The position numbers and the translations under genes are program-made. Source: Leucoraja erinacea (lineage: Eukaryota). From it: 64,000 nucleotides of DNA. The notes beneath the pieces were generated by a model. That model saw only the letters and a program-made list of their open reading frames with translations. It made no database searches and had not been told where the DNA came from. The first letter of the stretch is position 1, and every line of letters begins with the position of its first letter. Positions 9,808 to 22,703 of this stretch are shown piece by piece. The stretch covers positions 24,056,001 through 24,120,000 of the forward strand of contig NC_073388.1 of assembly GCF_028641065.1 (NCBI RefSeq), read 5' to 3'.

Positions 9808-12097
9808 CTGGGTCACTCTGATCATTGCCTAGTTCACCTTATTCCGACCTACAGGCAGAAACTAAAAGCTGCTAAGCCTGTGGTCAGAACAACGAAAAGG
9901 TGGATAAGCGAGGGCATTGAGAACCTACAATCGTGCTTTGACTGCAAGGATTGGAATGTGTTCAGGGAAGCAACCACAAGCCTCGATGAGTATACGGACA
10001 CTGTATCATCATATGTCAGCTTTTGTGAGGACAGTTGCATTCCAACTAAGACCCGGACATGGTTCAACAACAACAAGCCCTGGTTCACTGCAGAACTCAG
10101 ACAGCTCCGACGGTCTAAAGAGGAGGCCTACAGGAGCGGGGATGCAGACCTCTACAGGCAGGCCAAGTACAAGCTGAGAAGAGGAATCAGAGCTGCCAAG
10201 GAAAGGTATCTGAGACGTTGAGGTACAAGTTCTCAGCTAGTGACTCTTCTTCAGTTTGGAAGGGTCTGCAAGAAATTACCAGTTACAGGAAGAAAGCCCC
10301 CCGCTCTTTGGACAATAGTCAGCTGACCAACGACCTGAATGAGTTTTACTGCAGGTTTGAAAATCAGAAACGTAACCCTGGTACCCCCCCCTCCCCCTCC
10401 CCCTCCCCAACCAACACAGCCAGACCCCAGTCTGCAAAGACTGGGCCCTTCTACACCCACCCCCCTCCAATCACCACTTCACACCCAATCACCCACACCC
10501 TCTGTGCTGCACAATATCACATCCAATATCAACAACAAATATAGAGGAGGTGGAGAGGCTTTTCAGAAGACAAAAAAGCCAGAAATCTCCAGGCCCTGAC
10601 AATGTTTCCCCCTCTATTCTTAAACTCTGTGCCAAACAGCTGGCACCGGTCTATACAGACATTTTCAATCAGTCCCTGCAAACATGTACTGTCCCTGCCT
10701 GCTTCAAAGTCTCCACTATTGTCCCTGTACCCAAAAAGGCAAGGATTACTTGTCTTAATGACCACAGGCCTGTCGCACTGACCTCTGTAGTCATGAAGAC
10801 ACTCGAAAGGCTTGTGCTGGCCAAGCTGAATAATATCACAATTCCCCTGCTGGATCCTATGCAGTTTGCATATCGGGCCAATAGATCAGTGGATGATGCA
10901 GTCAACCTGGGCCTTCATCCTACAGCACCTAGACCGCCAGGGGACCTATGCGAGGATACTGTTTGTTGATTTTAGCTCTGCATTTAACACCATTGTGCCA
11001 GAGCTACTACACCCCAAACTTTCCGAGTTGACTGTGCCTGAACCCCTCTGTCGGTGGATCACCAGCTTTCTGACAGACAGGAAGCAGTATGTGAGGCTGG
11101 GAAAGCACATCTCGGACCCGCAAACACTCAGCATGGGAGCACCGCAAGGCTGCGTACTCTCTCCTCTCCACCAAAGACTGCACCACCACAGACACCTCTG
11201 TCAAGCTTCTCAAGTTTGCGGACAACACAACCCTGATTGGACTTATCCAGGATGGGGAGGAATCTGCCTACAGACAGGAAGTGTCACAGCTGACTTCCTG
11301 GTGCCATCGCAACAACCTGGGGCTCAATGCTCTTAAGACAGTGGAATTGATTTTAGACTTTGGGAGAGCTCCCCCTCCCCCCACTCACCATCAACAACAC
11401 CACAGTCACATCTGTGGAGTCTTTTAAGTTCCTGGGAACCATCATCTCCAAGGACCTTAAGTGGGGGGCTACCATCGACTCCACAGTCAAAAAAGCATAA
11501 CAGGGAATGTATTTCCTACGGCAGCTGAGGAATCACAATCTGCCACAGGCAATGATGGTCCAATTCTACACGGCCATCGTAGAGTCTGTTCTCACCTTCT
11601 CCATCATGGTCTGGTTTGGCTCAGCCACCAAGCACGACACCTGGAGGCTGTAGCGAATTGTCCGATCAACAGAGGTTATTGGCTGCAATCTTCTCTCCAT
11701 TGATGAACTGTACACTGCAAGGGCCAGGAAGCCAGCGGGCAAGATCATCTCTGTCTCACCCTGGCCACAAACTCTTTGAATCACTTCCCTCTGGAAGGCG
11801 ACTCCGGACTGTCAAAGCTGCCACAGCCAGACATAAAAACAGTTTTTATCCACGAGTAGTTGCTCTACTCAACAGCCAAAAATCTGTAGCCTCCCTTTGA
11901 TCTGGTATTTTGTTGGTTCACATGCTTGATCAATGGTGTTTTATCATTAATGTTTTATTATTATTAATGTTTAGTGTTTTCTGAGTCATTCATAACTGTC
12001 ACTGTATGTCATGTTGTTACTTGTGGGCGGAGCACCAAGGCAAATTCTTTGTATGTGAATACTTTGCCAATAAACTTACTTACTTTACTTACTTACC
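9808..12097 (+). mobile_element. 5'-truncated Rex1/Babar-type LINE, frameshifted
   Basis: Endonuclease end GHSDH, NNKPWF, KSPGPDNV, RPVALTSVVMK, QFAYRANRSVDDA, FVDFSSAFNTI, GAPQGCVLSP, KFAD; 3' aataaa followed by a (ctta)n tail. Confidence 0.9.
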
Positions 12098-13959
12098 ACT
12101 GATCTCTTTATTTTCATCCCTGCTTCCTCACATCTTTATTCATTATCAGCTCTTCTTTACAGTACTGATGCATCTATCATCATCACCTCATCCTAACACT
12201 AAATGTTTTGGTCCATTTGTGATATATGAATTAAAAGTTTATTGCAACAATTCTTTGATTCTTTGACTGCCCAAAGTTCAGTACTAATTCTTACACATTT
12301 TGACTGAAAGTTAAGTTGCCCAGTAGAAGCATTCACATGAAGAATTTTGGCATCTAACAGCAACAACACCTTCCATACTACTGTCTATTTGTTTGCACTG
12401 AATCTTTCCATATCACCCTTTCCCATATATCCACTTTACTTGTTATTACAAAAGGATAAGGTTGGATTTAATTTGTAACGAGAAAAACACTTTTTTTTTT
12501 TTAAACACTTCTGTTTGGCAATTATGTCTTTCCATTAATGGACAACAATCACATTCTTATCTTATCAAGGGAAGTAGGGAAAAACTACCCAAAATGATGT
12601 GCCAATTATCTTTTTCATTTCCATTAACATGAATGTTTCTGAATCACATCTCAATTTTCATAATTTAACATATAAAAATTAGCTGTTTTGAAACGATAAC
12701 ATTTACTATTTTCGCAGATGCCACTTAATCTACTGAGGATTCACATCACTTTGTCCTTATTGCAGATTTCCACCCTTTGTCACGTTTACTTGCTTTTCAT
12801 ACTAAAATGGTCTTTATTTTTATGACGTTTTGGGAGAAACAAGAGACACTTTGTTAATTATGAACAACCCCTTACAATCACATACTGAAACAAAAGACAG
12901 ATTAATTTATCTGGCAGTAATTAAAGGTTTATTTAATCACTCTTCAATGAATAAATCCAATTAAAATGCTATTTTAATAACATTCATTTCCATTTAATCT
13001 AATCCAGTCAGTAACCACGACAACCAGCTAAAATTTTGAAAGCAAGATCAGCTGGTAACCACAATAGATTTACGTGATTACTTTTGAAACCCAGTATACA
13101 TTTTTTTTTACATTTTTACTCATTTGAGGGATAAGAATGCTAGCTTTTATTATCCACACCTAATTACCCCATGACCTGAATGTTTTGCTAACCCATTTCA
13201 AAGGGCAGGAAAGTCAACAATCAATGGGTCAGATCAAAGTATATACAAATTTAAAGAGTTTGAAATTTTTATACGACATCTAAATTAGATCAGCATCTTC
13301 CTGATTCAACAGTTCAGGTTCAAGAGGCTGAACATTTTACTGTTATGCCGATGTAGAACAGTTGCATCAATCTCATCTTGTAAAATGTATGCTGCAGGCA
13401 TAGAAAGTAGAGCCCAAAGAACTGTAAATCCTTAAAGCCTTGACACTATCTTGAAAGTGAAGTATCCTACATTTACTAATGTGGCATACTGATTATAGGT
13501 TTTAACACAGAGATATTATGCCTTATCCTACACTGGAAATTACAGAATTTGCTACTTTGAGCTTTTAATTTCAGAATCTGAACTCTAAAATAAGCAGTCA
13601 GCATGCCTCAAAAAACAAGTAATTGGAGGTATACTCAAGCAATGATGTGCGTTAACCTGTGATGGGATATGGTTTCATAAGCCCCTTTGAATTTCCATGA
13701 AGCTATCAGTTGCAGTTATTTGAGATTTCTGTTGAAAACACACCCAAGTTCTGCACCAAGTAGGTACATTTTGTTAATGATCTTTGTGGCTGGTGTGGGG
13801 TGAAATAATGCATGTTTAAAGTTTAATGAAAAGAGCAATTTATTAGCAAGCCGCAAAATAACTGCCGAAGGCCATTTGTCAGTGAGATACAGGCAGGAAG
13901 TGTTTATCTGTGGTGACTATAGCAAATCAACCAATTCAATATCTGGATTGTAGGGGAAA

Positions 13960-14540
13960 CAAAGAACTTCAGATGCTGGTTTACAAAAAAAAAAAAGAAA
14001 GTGCTGGAGTAACTCAGCGGGTAAAGCAGCATCTCTAGAGAACATGAATAGATATTTCGGGTCAGGGCCCTTCTTCAGACTGATTGTGATGGGGGAGAAG
14101 GCAGGAAGAGAGGAGAGGCAGTGAGAGGTGGATACAGGTGGTGGTGAGAGGGTGTGATTGGCAGATAGTTGGACAAAAAACAGATGAAAAGACAAAAGGT
14201 ATGTGAATAGGATAAAAGAGGTGTGAATTGTGAACCCAGAATAAGCAACACGTGGAAGGGGAGGGCAAGGGGAGAAATGGGTGCGAGTCCAGTTGGGGCA
14301 CAGGGAAGAGATGGGAAGGATGGAAGGGAATAAAATAAACTAAACATTGTGTTATTTGTAGGTCAGTTACCTAGAATTAGAGAATTCATTGCTCATACCC
14401 TTAGGTTGGAAGCTAGCAAAGCAGAATATGAAGTGCAGTTTGCATGTGGCCTCACTCTAGCAAGGGAGGAGGGTCGGATCAAAAATGTCAGTATGGGATG
14501 GGAAAAGGTACAACCGGGAGATCCATCAGGCCTTGGCAGG
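13960..14540 (-). mobile_element. Penelope-like element 3' end: GIY-YIG C-terminal relic followed by the hammerhead-bearing terminal repeat
   Basis: Minus strand reads C*SEATCKLHFIFCFASFQPKGMSNEFSNSR*, then a pyrimidine-rich spacer, then cagtctgaagaagggccctgacccgaaatatc and the shared repeat. Confidence 0.75.
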
Positions 14541-16009
14541 CTAAGATCTGGATTGCAGGTTATGGTCACTATCATACAATGCAAGGTCAAAGAAAAATTG
14601 GATATCTCTAAAGCTTGTTCCATCCAGCATTATATTTTATATATAGTCCATGTCTCAATATTAATAGCACCAATAGAATGCTCAGAGATGGTTTAACATA
14701 GGATATTGTATTTTCTTCTTTAGTTTCAATACAAACTTAAGAATTAGGAAACACTGTTATTTTAATTTAAACAAGTTAGTGATACACACATATATACTAT
14801 GAAACATGGCAAATCTTATAAAATGCTTTGTATTTCACGTATCCATTCTGACTTTACCTTCATCAGTCCAGAGACATTATTAGACCATTAGCAACACCTG
14901 ATAGATCTGTTCGAATGAAAGTGGTGCTTAAGCACTTGACTACATGCATTTGTTTGGCAGTATCTGGGTTAGGATGTTATAAAGTATGTGTGGTAAATTA
15001 ATTTTGAACCTATAAACATTGTTTCTGCCCCTGGTTAGTCACATGTCACAATTGTTAATGGTGCAACAACTTTAAACTAACAATTAGTGCTTAAAACTAT
15101 TGTTAAAATGTAAAGAATATACAAGTGTAACTGAGTGACAGGTTTTCACACACAGTGATCCTCACAGTAGTGCCAGTACTATGTTATCGTTTACAGATGT
15201 ACCAGATGTTGTTGGAATATCATCCACCAATAATGCTGCTTCATTTTGACTCCTCACAGAACAACTTTGGGATTCCTTTGTTCCTGGAGACTTCTTCACT
15301 ATTATATGCAAGAAGCATTGTCCTTTAAAACAAATCAGAATTTATCACCAATCTTCACAAGATAAATCTTAGAATTGTACACCTTTATTACCGTCTACGT
15401 GTCTCCCTTTAACTCCAAACTTTCTGGAGGTCATAGTAAACAAACTCCCTCAAGCAGATTAAATGACATCCTTGTGGCTTTGGAGTTTACTCTGATTAAA
15501 TTATCTTTCCACTATTTTTGTTCCCGGTTAAATTGAATGAGACTCGATTTGTCTTAAAGCAACAACAAACGCTTCCATTTGTTAAATGTAAATAAATTAG
15601 GGGTTCTCATGCTTTGCTGCAAACAATGAGATTTCCATTGTAACCGGTGTGGAAGCGAACTACTATTTTACACAATGTTTCACTCAGGTAATTGATGGGC
15701 TTTTTTTTTTTTTAATTCTTAACAAAATTTCCAGATGCTACTTTTTTTCTCCTTTGTTCTCAGGTCTGCACATCAGACCTGTCAAAATGTGTTGTGGGCT
15801 TCTCAGAGTTATCCATCAATTCAGTCACATTCTCATTCATATCCTCAATAACTTTAATTTGGCTGTGATTTCTTGCCATCCCATTCTCATCAACTGTATC
15901 ATCTGAGTATACTCAGTGGGTTTGTAATCCATAATGTCGTGCATGGCATAAATTAGATTTTCACAGGTGAGGCACTAAGAGTTTAAGACAATCTCTATTG
16001 TTTACCACC

Positions 16010-16305
16010 AGGGGCGCCGCACGACAGCCCCGCCAACAGTCTGTCTGTTTTTTTGTCTTTTTTTAATTTTTAGTGTGCGTTAAAAGTTTGTGTAAATGTT
16101 CTCCGGTTAGTTTTATGTGCGGGTAGGGGGAGGGGGGTAAAGATAATTTTTTTAGGGGGAGCGGGTAAACATAAATTTTATGTTAAAATGTAATTTGCGG
16201 TTTCCGTTTGTTTTTATTTGTATGACTGTCTTGGCAAATGAAATTCCTCATGCAAAACATACTTGGCTAATAAAGTTTTATTGTGATTGTGTGATTGTGA
16301 TTATT
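16010..16305 (+). mobile_element. Internally deleted LINE/SINE relic
   Basis: GC-rich head similar to 37570-37805 (opposite strand); tail aataaa...(ttgtga)n. Confidence 0.45.
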
Positions 16306-16490
16306 CAAGGACATTACTCAGTTTGCTTCAGGAACTTCCTATAAACAGTGACAGCCCAGATTGCAGATCATCAAGTGACATAATCTTTAAAGTGACTGTT
16401 TTTAAGTAACAATTGTTGTTCACAACCAATATTACGTATACTGCCATTGCTCTCTTTTCTGTGCTCCTAAATGATAAATAGAATGCACTT

Positions 16491-16663
16491 CAGTCCGAAG
16501 AAGGGTCTCGACCCAAAATGTCACTTATTCCATCAGTCTGAAGAAGGGTCTTGACCCGAAACGTCACCTATTCCTTCGCTCTATAGATGCTGCCTCACCA
16601 GCTGAGTTTCTCCAGCATTTTTGACTACTTTCGATTTTTCCAGCATTTGCAGTTCTTTCTTAA
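16491..16663 (+). mobile_element. Penelope-derived repeat with two tandem hammerhead motifs
   Basis: Motifs at 16495-16522 (mutated) and 16538-16565 (intact core). 17-bp flanking direct repeat with 2 mismatches (16474-90, 16664-80). Confidence 0.8.
16538..16565 (+). ncRNA. Minimal type I hammerhead ribozyme motif (Penelope type)
   Basis: CUGAAGA-A-GGGUC uu GACCC-GAAA-CG-UC. Core intact with palindromic ACGU helix III; helix I very short. Activity not shown. Confidence 0.6.
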
Positions 16664-18504
16664 ATAAATATAATGCAATTTGTGTGTCTTTATAAAGTAA
16701 TTTAATTGTGCTTCCATTGTCAGTTTTTTGACAAATAATCAAATGTTAATGTGCAAGTATGGTAGGTGAAACAATTTTATGTTATCAGATTGCTTAACAT
16801 TGCAAGTAGGAGATAGGCCCCATCTAATCGATATCTTGTATCATTATAAATACTTTTGCATTGTTACAGTATCTCTGCCACATTTGCCTCTACTGTCACT
16901 GAACTGTGATGTTATTCAAGATAATCATTGTAATCAATGGATGGGCAAATGCCCTCTCGCTCAGTATCATTGAGTGAATTAGAGACTCTCCAACACAAAG
17001 CAAGGAGATTTTCAAACCTTGACCACACCTTGTGGAAAGGACAAACTGCAGAATAGATTGTCAAAGCCATGAGTATACTTTTCAGGGAATACAAGTTAGG
17101 GGCAGTTTCTATATCTCCTCAATCTCTGTCTAACTACAGATAAAACAGGTAGAACTGGTGAAGATGGGGAGAGACTGCAAGGTGGTCAGCTTTGAATGTT
17201 AACCATGACACCTCTGAACAAGTTTGTCAGAACTGGCCTATTCTGTCGAACTGGAAAGGCTGGTTATCTGAAATTGTTAAATTCTGTGTTAAATCCTGAG
17301 AGCTGAAATAAGCCAGGTTGGAGATAGATGCTGTTTCCTGAGATGACGTTGGGCTGCATTGGAATAGTTGGAGAACATAAGCTTGGGCCCATGCAAGCTC
17401 CCACAACTGCATGCATGAGCACAAGCTATGCTTTTTACTTTGTGGGATGCATGGAGCAGTGCTTACTTCAGCATCACCACTATGTTGCCTGTATTGGTGC
17501 TCCTTCTTACTCTTGTACTGCGTCTCACAGTTCCAGCATTATTTTTTAGCCTTTTCTGCTCTCTCCTCATTCAGCTCCACCAGTTTACTCCAACTCCAGA
17601 CAGCTCCGCTATGATTAACAAGCCCTAACCACTTTCACTCAACCTACACCATCACCTTTAGGGTAACTAAATCTTCTTTGATTCTCACCATATTAAAGAC
17701 ATCTCTTTGCTCTCTCAACCTCTTCCCTTTGCAAATTAAAACATTTAAAAGGAAATATATTTGGTAATATACCATAGTTATATACGGAAGTACGTAAAAT
17801 ATTTTTAAATGATATTTATCTGGGGTAAGTGTCAATTTCAGACCAAGCACAAAGGATATGGGGTGGGAAAAGGCAGGTGGAAATAGGTCATCAATCATTG
17901 AAAGTTTGGACAAGCTTATGAGACAAAGTGACCCTTTCCTACGGCTTTCTTATATCCTTACAAAATCTATCGTCTTTTAATTAAGTTTTCAACCCTGATA
18001 ATGACATGAAAACCATGTCAGAGCTGTCAGGCATGGCTGGGAGTCAGAAAATCTATGAATAATTATTTTCCCTCATAGTCAAGCAAATTATTAGATCAAA
18101 AAAATACATTATAAAGAAAATACTTCCTTTGGGCTCTTTCTGGGGCTCATTCTTCACTTACAGCAGTATTTTGCTTTCATGTCGACTACCAAGTCATTAC
18201 GTTCAACTATTAATTCTGCCCAGAACTTTTTTTTTTTAATTCCTCAGGGAATACATTTTACAGTATCCTGCATCAGAAACCAAGTACAATTTTAATTTGA
18301 TGGTATGTTCATTTCCCCACAAATGTTGGGAAATGTGGGTTGCTTTGAAGTGAACATGGGTTTAAAAAGTAGAAGAAACCTGCACCTCAACAGAATCAAA
18401 TGGTTTTGGATTAAGCAATGGAAATATTTCCTTCACTTCCGCATTTCACTTGCTTGATATGGTTCGTAAGCATAGGCAAGTTTGAAAAGTACTTTACAGG
18501 AAAT

Positions 18505-19630
18505 CATAAAGTTATATAGCCCTTCAGACCAACTATTTCATGCTGACCAAGATGCCCCATCTAAGCTAGTACCATTTACCCACATTTGGCTCATATCCAT
18601 CTAACCTTTTTCCATCCAAGTACCTGTCCCAGTGTCTTTTAAATATTGCTATTGTACCAGCCTCAACTACCTCCTCTAGCAGCTCATTGCATACAGTATA
18701 TCCACCACCATTTGAGTGTAAAGGGGAATTCTGAATGCAGTACTTAGTTACCTGAAAATGACATCACAGGTAGATAGAGTGGTAAAGGCAGCTTTCAGTA
18801 CACTGGCCTTCATCAGCCAGTGTATTTCACATAGAAAATAGACACAAAAAGCTGGAGTAACTCCAGGACAGGCAGCATGTCTGGAGAGGAGGGAAGGGTG
18901 ACATTTCAAGTCGAGACCCATCCTCAGACGTCTGTCTTCATTTTAAACCAGCATCTGCAGTTTCTTCTTACACATATTCCGTAGACTTATCATCACCTGG
19001 TGGGGTCACAACATCGGAGGCCTGGATCGCCTCAGCACAGAGGGAGAGCAAGGAGGGAAGAGACAAGGACCTTGGGACTTTTTGTGTGTGTTTTTGTTAT
19101 TTATTCTATGTTATGACTGTAGGCTAAACCATTTTGTTGCACTGAAAAGTGCAATGACAATAAAATTGAATCTAATCTAATAAAAATTGGAATGTTATGT
19201 TACAGTTGTACAAGATGTTGAGGAGGACACATTTGGAGTAATATGTTCAGTTTTGGTCACCAAGTTATAGAACGAATGTCATTAAGCTGGAAGGAATGCA
19301 GAGAGGATTAATGAGGATGTTGCCAGGACTCATGGGCCTGAGCTGCAGGGCGAGGTTGGGCAAGGCAGGACTTTATTCCTTGGAGCACAGGAGGTGTTCT
19401 TATAGAGGTATAGCAAATCATGAGAGGAACCAGAGGGGCAACATTTTCCACAGCAGTTGGTGGGTATATAGAACGAGCCTACCAGAGGAGATAGTTGATG
19501 CAGGTACTAAAACAACATTTAAAAGACACTTGCACAGGAGAGGTTAATATGGGCCAAACATGGGCAGGTGGGATCGCCATAGATGGGGCATCTTGGTCAG
19601 TGTGGACAAATGTTTCCGTGCTGTATGACT
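18505..19630. mobile_element. Nested cluster: CR1 fragments on both strands, Penelope-derived repeat (18838-18975), SINE-like 3' fragment (18985-19180)
   Basis: CR1 motifs QRGLMRMLPGL...GLYSLE. 18985-19180 matches 51885-52085. Confidence 0.7.
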
Positions 19631-20053
19631 GGCAGTACCCAGTCTACATTGGGAAAGATAAAATCACCTACTATGACAACCCTTGCAAGTCTCGCAGCTG
19701 CCTGCAATCTTGCAGCATATTTTTGCTTTGAATTCCTGGTGACTATTTGGGGGCCTATAATACATTTCCAACAAGGTTGGAACAATTCCCTTTTTATTCC
19801 TCTGCTCCACCCATACAGCCTCATTGGAAGAACCGTGGATAATGTCATCTCAGACCACTGCAATGTTACTCTGCACAATCTCAGCCCTTTTCCTACCCGT
19901 GTCATTTGTGGCAACATGCACAATCACTTCTGGTAGCTTCCCCTTGTCCTGGAGAATGTTTTTAGTTTAGTTTATGTCACATGTATCGCTTTTGTTGCAT
20001 GCTAGGTCAGCAGAAAGAGAAAGCATGATTACAATCAAGCCATACAGTGTATA

Positions 20054-20672
20054 CAGTGGCTTGCAAAAGTATTCATACCCCTTGAACTTTTCCACATTTT
20101 GTCACGTTACAACCACAAACGTAAATGTATTTTATTGGGATTTTATGTGATAGACCAACACAAAGTGGCGCATAATTGTGAAGTGGAAGGAAAATGATAC
20201 ATGGTTTTCAAATTTTTTTTACAAATAAAAAACTGAAAAGTGTGGCGTGCAAAAGTATTCAGCCCCCCTGAGTCAATAATTTGTAGAACCACCTTTCGCT
20301 GCAATTTCAGCTGCAAGTCTTTTGGGGTATGTCTCCACCAGCTTTGCACTTCTAGAGACTGCAATTTTTGCCCATTCTTCTTTGCAAAATAGCTCAAGCT
20401 CAGTCAGATTGGATGGAGAGCGTCTGTGAACAGCAATTTTCAAGTCTTGCCAGAGATTCTCAATTGGATTTAGGTCTGGGCTTTGACTGGGCCATTCTAA
20501 CACATGAATATGCTTTGATCTAAACCATTCCATTGTAGCTCTGGCTGTATGTTTAGGGTCGTTGTCCTGGGTCGGGCCTTTATGGAAGAGTGGCAAGAAG
20601 AAAGCCATTGTTGAAAAAAAGCCATAAGAAGTCCCGTTTGCAGTTTGCCACAAGCCATGTGGGGGACACAGC
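20054..20672 (-). mobile_element. Rearranged partial Tc1 copy (right TIR, transposase C-terminus, inverted internal piece)
   Basis: TA followed by TIR at 20054; QDNDPKH...[11 protein letters not shown] on the minus strand; 20572-20671 is a plus-strand copy of 21790-21890. Confidence 0.85.
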
Positions 20673-21125
20673 TTCCAGTGAAGGTGGTGGAGGCAGGTTT
20701 GCTTTTATCATTTAAAAATAAATTGGATAGTTATATGGACAGGAAAGGAATGGAGGGTTATGGTCTGAGCGCAGGTATATGGGACTAAGGGAGAATACGT
20801 GTTCGGCTCGGACTAGAAGGGTCGAGATGGCCTGTTTCCGTGCTGTAATTGTTATATGGTTATATGGTATTCACTGGAGTTTAGAAGGATGAGCGGGATC
20901 TTATAGAAACATATAAAATTATAAAAGGACTGGACAAGCTAGATGCAGGAAACATTTTCCCAATGTTGGGCGAGTCCAGAACCAGGGGCCACAGTCTTAG
21001 CATAAAGGGGAGGTCATTTAAGACTGAGGTGAGAAAAAACTTTTCACCCAGAGAGTTGAGAATTTATGGAATTCCCTGCCACAGAGGGTAGTGGAGGTCA
21101 AGTCAGTGGATGGATTTAAGAGAGT
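20672..21125 (+). mobile_element. Two CR1 3' fragments between the Tc1 copies
   Basis: (ttatatgg)n tail near 20850 and a decayed SLEFRR...FTQRV...LWNSLPQ segment. Confidence 0.8.
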
Positions 21126-21127
21126 TA

Positions 21128-22703
21128 CAGTGGCTTGCAAAGGTATTCATACCCCTTGAACTTTTCCACATTTTGTCACGTTACAACCACAAAAGTAAAT
21201 GTATTTTATTGGGATTTTATGTGATAGACCTACACAAAGTGGCACATAATTGTGAAGTGGAAGGAAAATGATACATGGTTTTCAAATTTTTTTACAAATA
21301 AAAAACTGAAAAGTGTGGCGTGCAAAAGTATTCAGCCCCCATTACTCTGATACCCCTAAATAAAATCCAGTGCAACCAATTGCCTTCAGAAGTCACCCAA
21401 TTACTAAATAGAGTCCACTTGTGTGTAATCTAATCTCAGTATAAATACAGCTGTTCTGTGAAGGCTTCAGAGGTTTGTTAGAGAACATTAGTGAACAAAC
21501 AGCATCATGAAGCCCAAGGAACACACCAGACAGGTCAGGGATAAAGTTGTGGACAAGTTTAAAGCAGGGTTAGGTTATAAAAAAATATCCCAAGCTTTGA
21601 ACATCTCACGGAGCACTGTTCAATCCATCATCCGAAAATGGAAAGAGTATGGCACAACTGCAACCCTACCAAGACATGGCCGTCCACCTAAACTGACAGG
21701 CCAGGCATTGATCAGAGAAGCACCCAAGCGGCCCATGGTAATTCTGGAGGAGCTGCAGAGATTAGTCTATTAGTCGTGCACTTCACAAATCGGGCCTTTA
21801 TGGAAGAGTGGCAAGAAGAAAGCCATTGTTGAAAAAAAAACATAAGAAGTCCCGTTTGCAGTTTGCCACAAGCCATGTGGGGGACACAGCAAACATGTGG
21901 AGGAAGGTGCTCTGGTCAGATGAGACCAAAATGGAAGTTTTTGGTCTAAATGCAAAACACTATGTGTGGCAGAAAACTAACACTGCACATCACCCTGAAC
22001 ACACCATCCCCACTGTGAAACATGGTGGTGGCAGCATCATGCTGTGGGGATGCTTTTCTTCAGCAGGGACAGGGAAGCTGGTCAGAGTTGATGGGAAGAT
22101 GGATGGAGCCAAATACAGGGTATCTTGGAAGAAAACCTGTTCGAGTCTGTAAAAGACTTGAGACTGGGGCGGAGGTTCACCTTCCAGCAGGACAACGACC
22201 TTAAACATACAGCCAGAGCTACAATGGAATGGTTTAGATCAAAGCATATTCATGTGTTAGAATGGCCCAGTCAAAGCCCAGACCTAAATCCAATTGAGAA
22301 TCTCTGGCAAGACTTGAAAATTGCTGTTCACAGGCACTCTCCATCCAATCTGACTGAGCTTGAGCTATTTTGCAAAGAAGAATGGGCAAAAATTTCAGTC
22401 TCAAGATGTGCAAAGCTGGTAGAGACATACCCCAAAAGACTTGCAGCTGTAATTGCAGCGAAAGGTGGTTCTACAAAGTATTGACTCAGGGGGGCTGAAT
22501 ACTTTTGCACACCACACTTTTCAGTTTTTTATTTGTAAAAAAATTTTGAAAACCATGTATCATTTTCCTTCCACTTCACAATTATGCACCACTTTGTGTT
22601 GGTCTATCACATAAAATCCCAATAAAATACATTTACGTTTGTGGTTGTAACGTGACAAAATGTGGAAAAGTTCAAGGGGTATGAATACTTTTGCAAGCCA
22701 CTG
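21128..22703 (+). mobile_element. Tc1 DNA transposon, near full length, about 210-bp TIRs
   Basis: TIRs cagtggcttgcaaa...ttgcaagccactg with TA on both sides. Confidence 0.95.
21507..22484 (+). pseudogene. Tc1 DD34E transposase, frameshifted and partly deleted
   Basis: Three ORF pieces: HTH with GRPPK; WSDETK; QQDNDLKH...SPDLNPIE. Confidence 0.9.

Noticed and set aside
8098-9832. Many overlapping long ORFs, including 285 aa at 8975-9832
   Set aside because: They arise from GC-rich and low-complexity (CAC/CCA) sequence in SCOC intron 1 and promoter; no recognisable domains.
21507-22484. Active Tc1 transposase
   Set aside because: Split across three ORFs by deletions and frameshifts.
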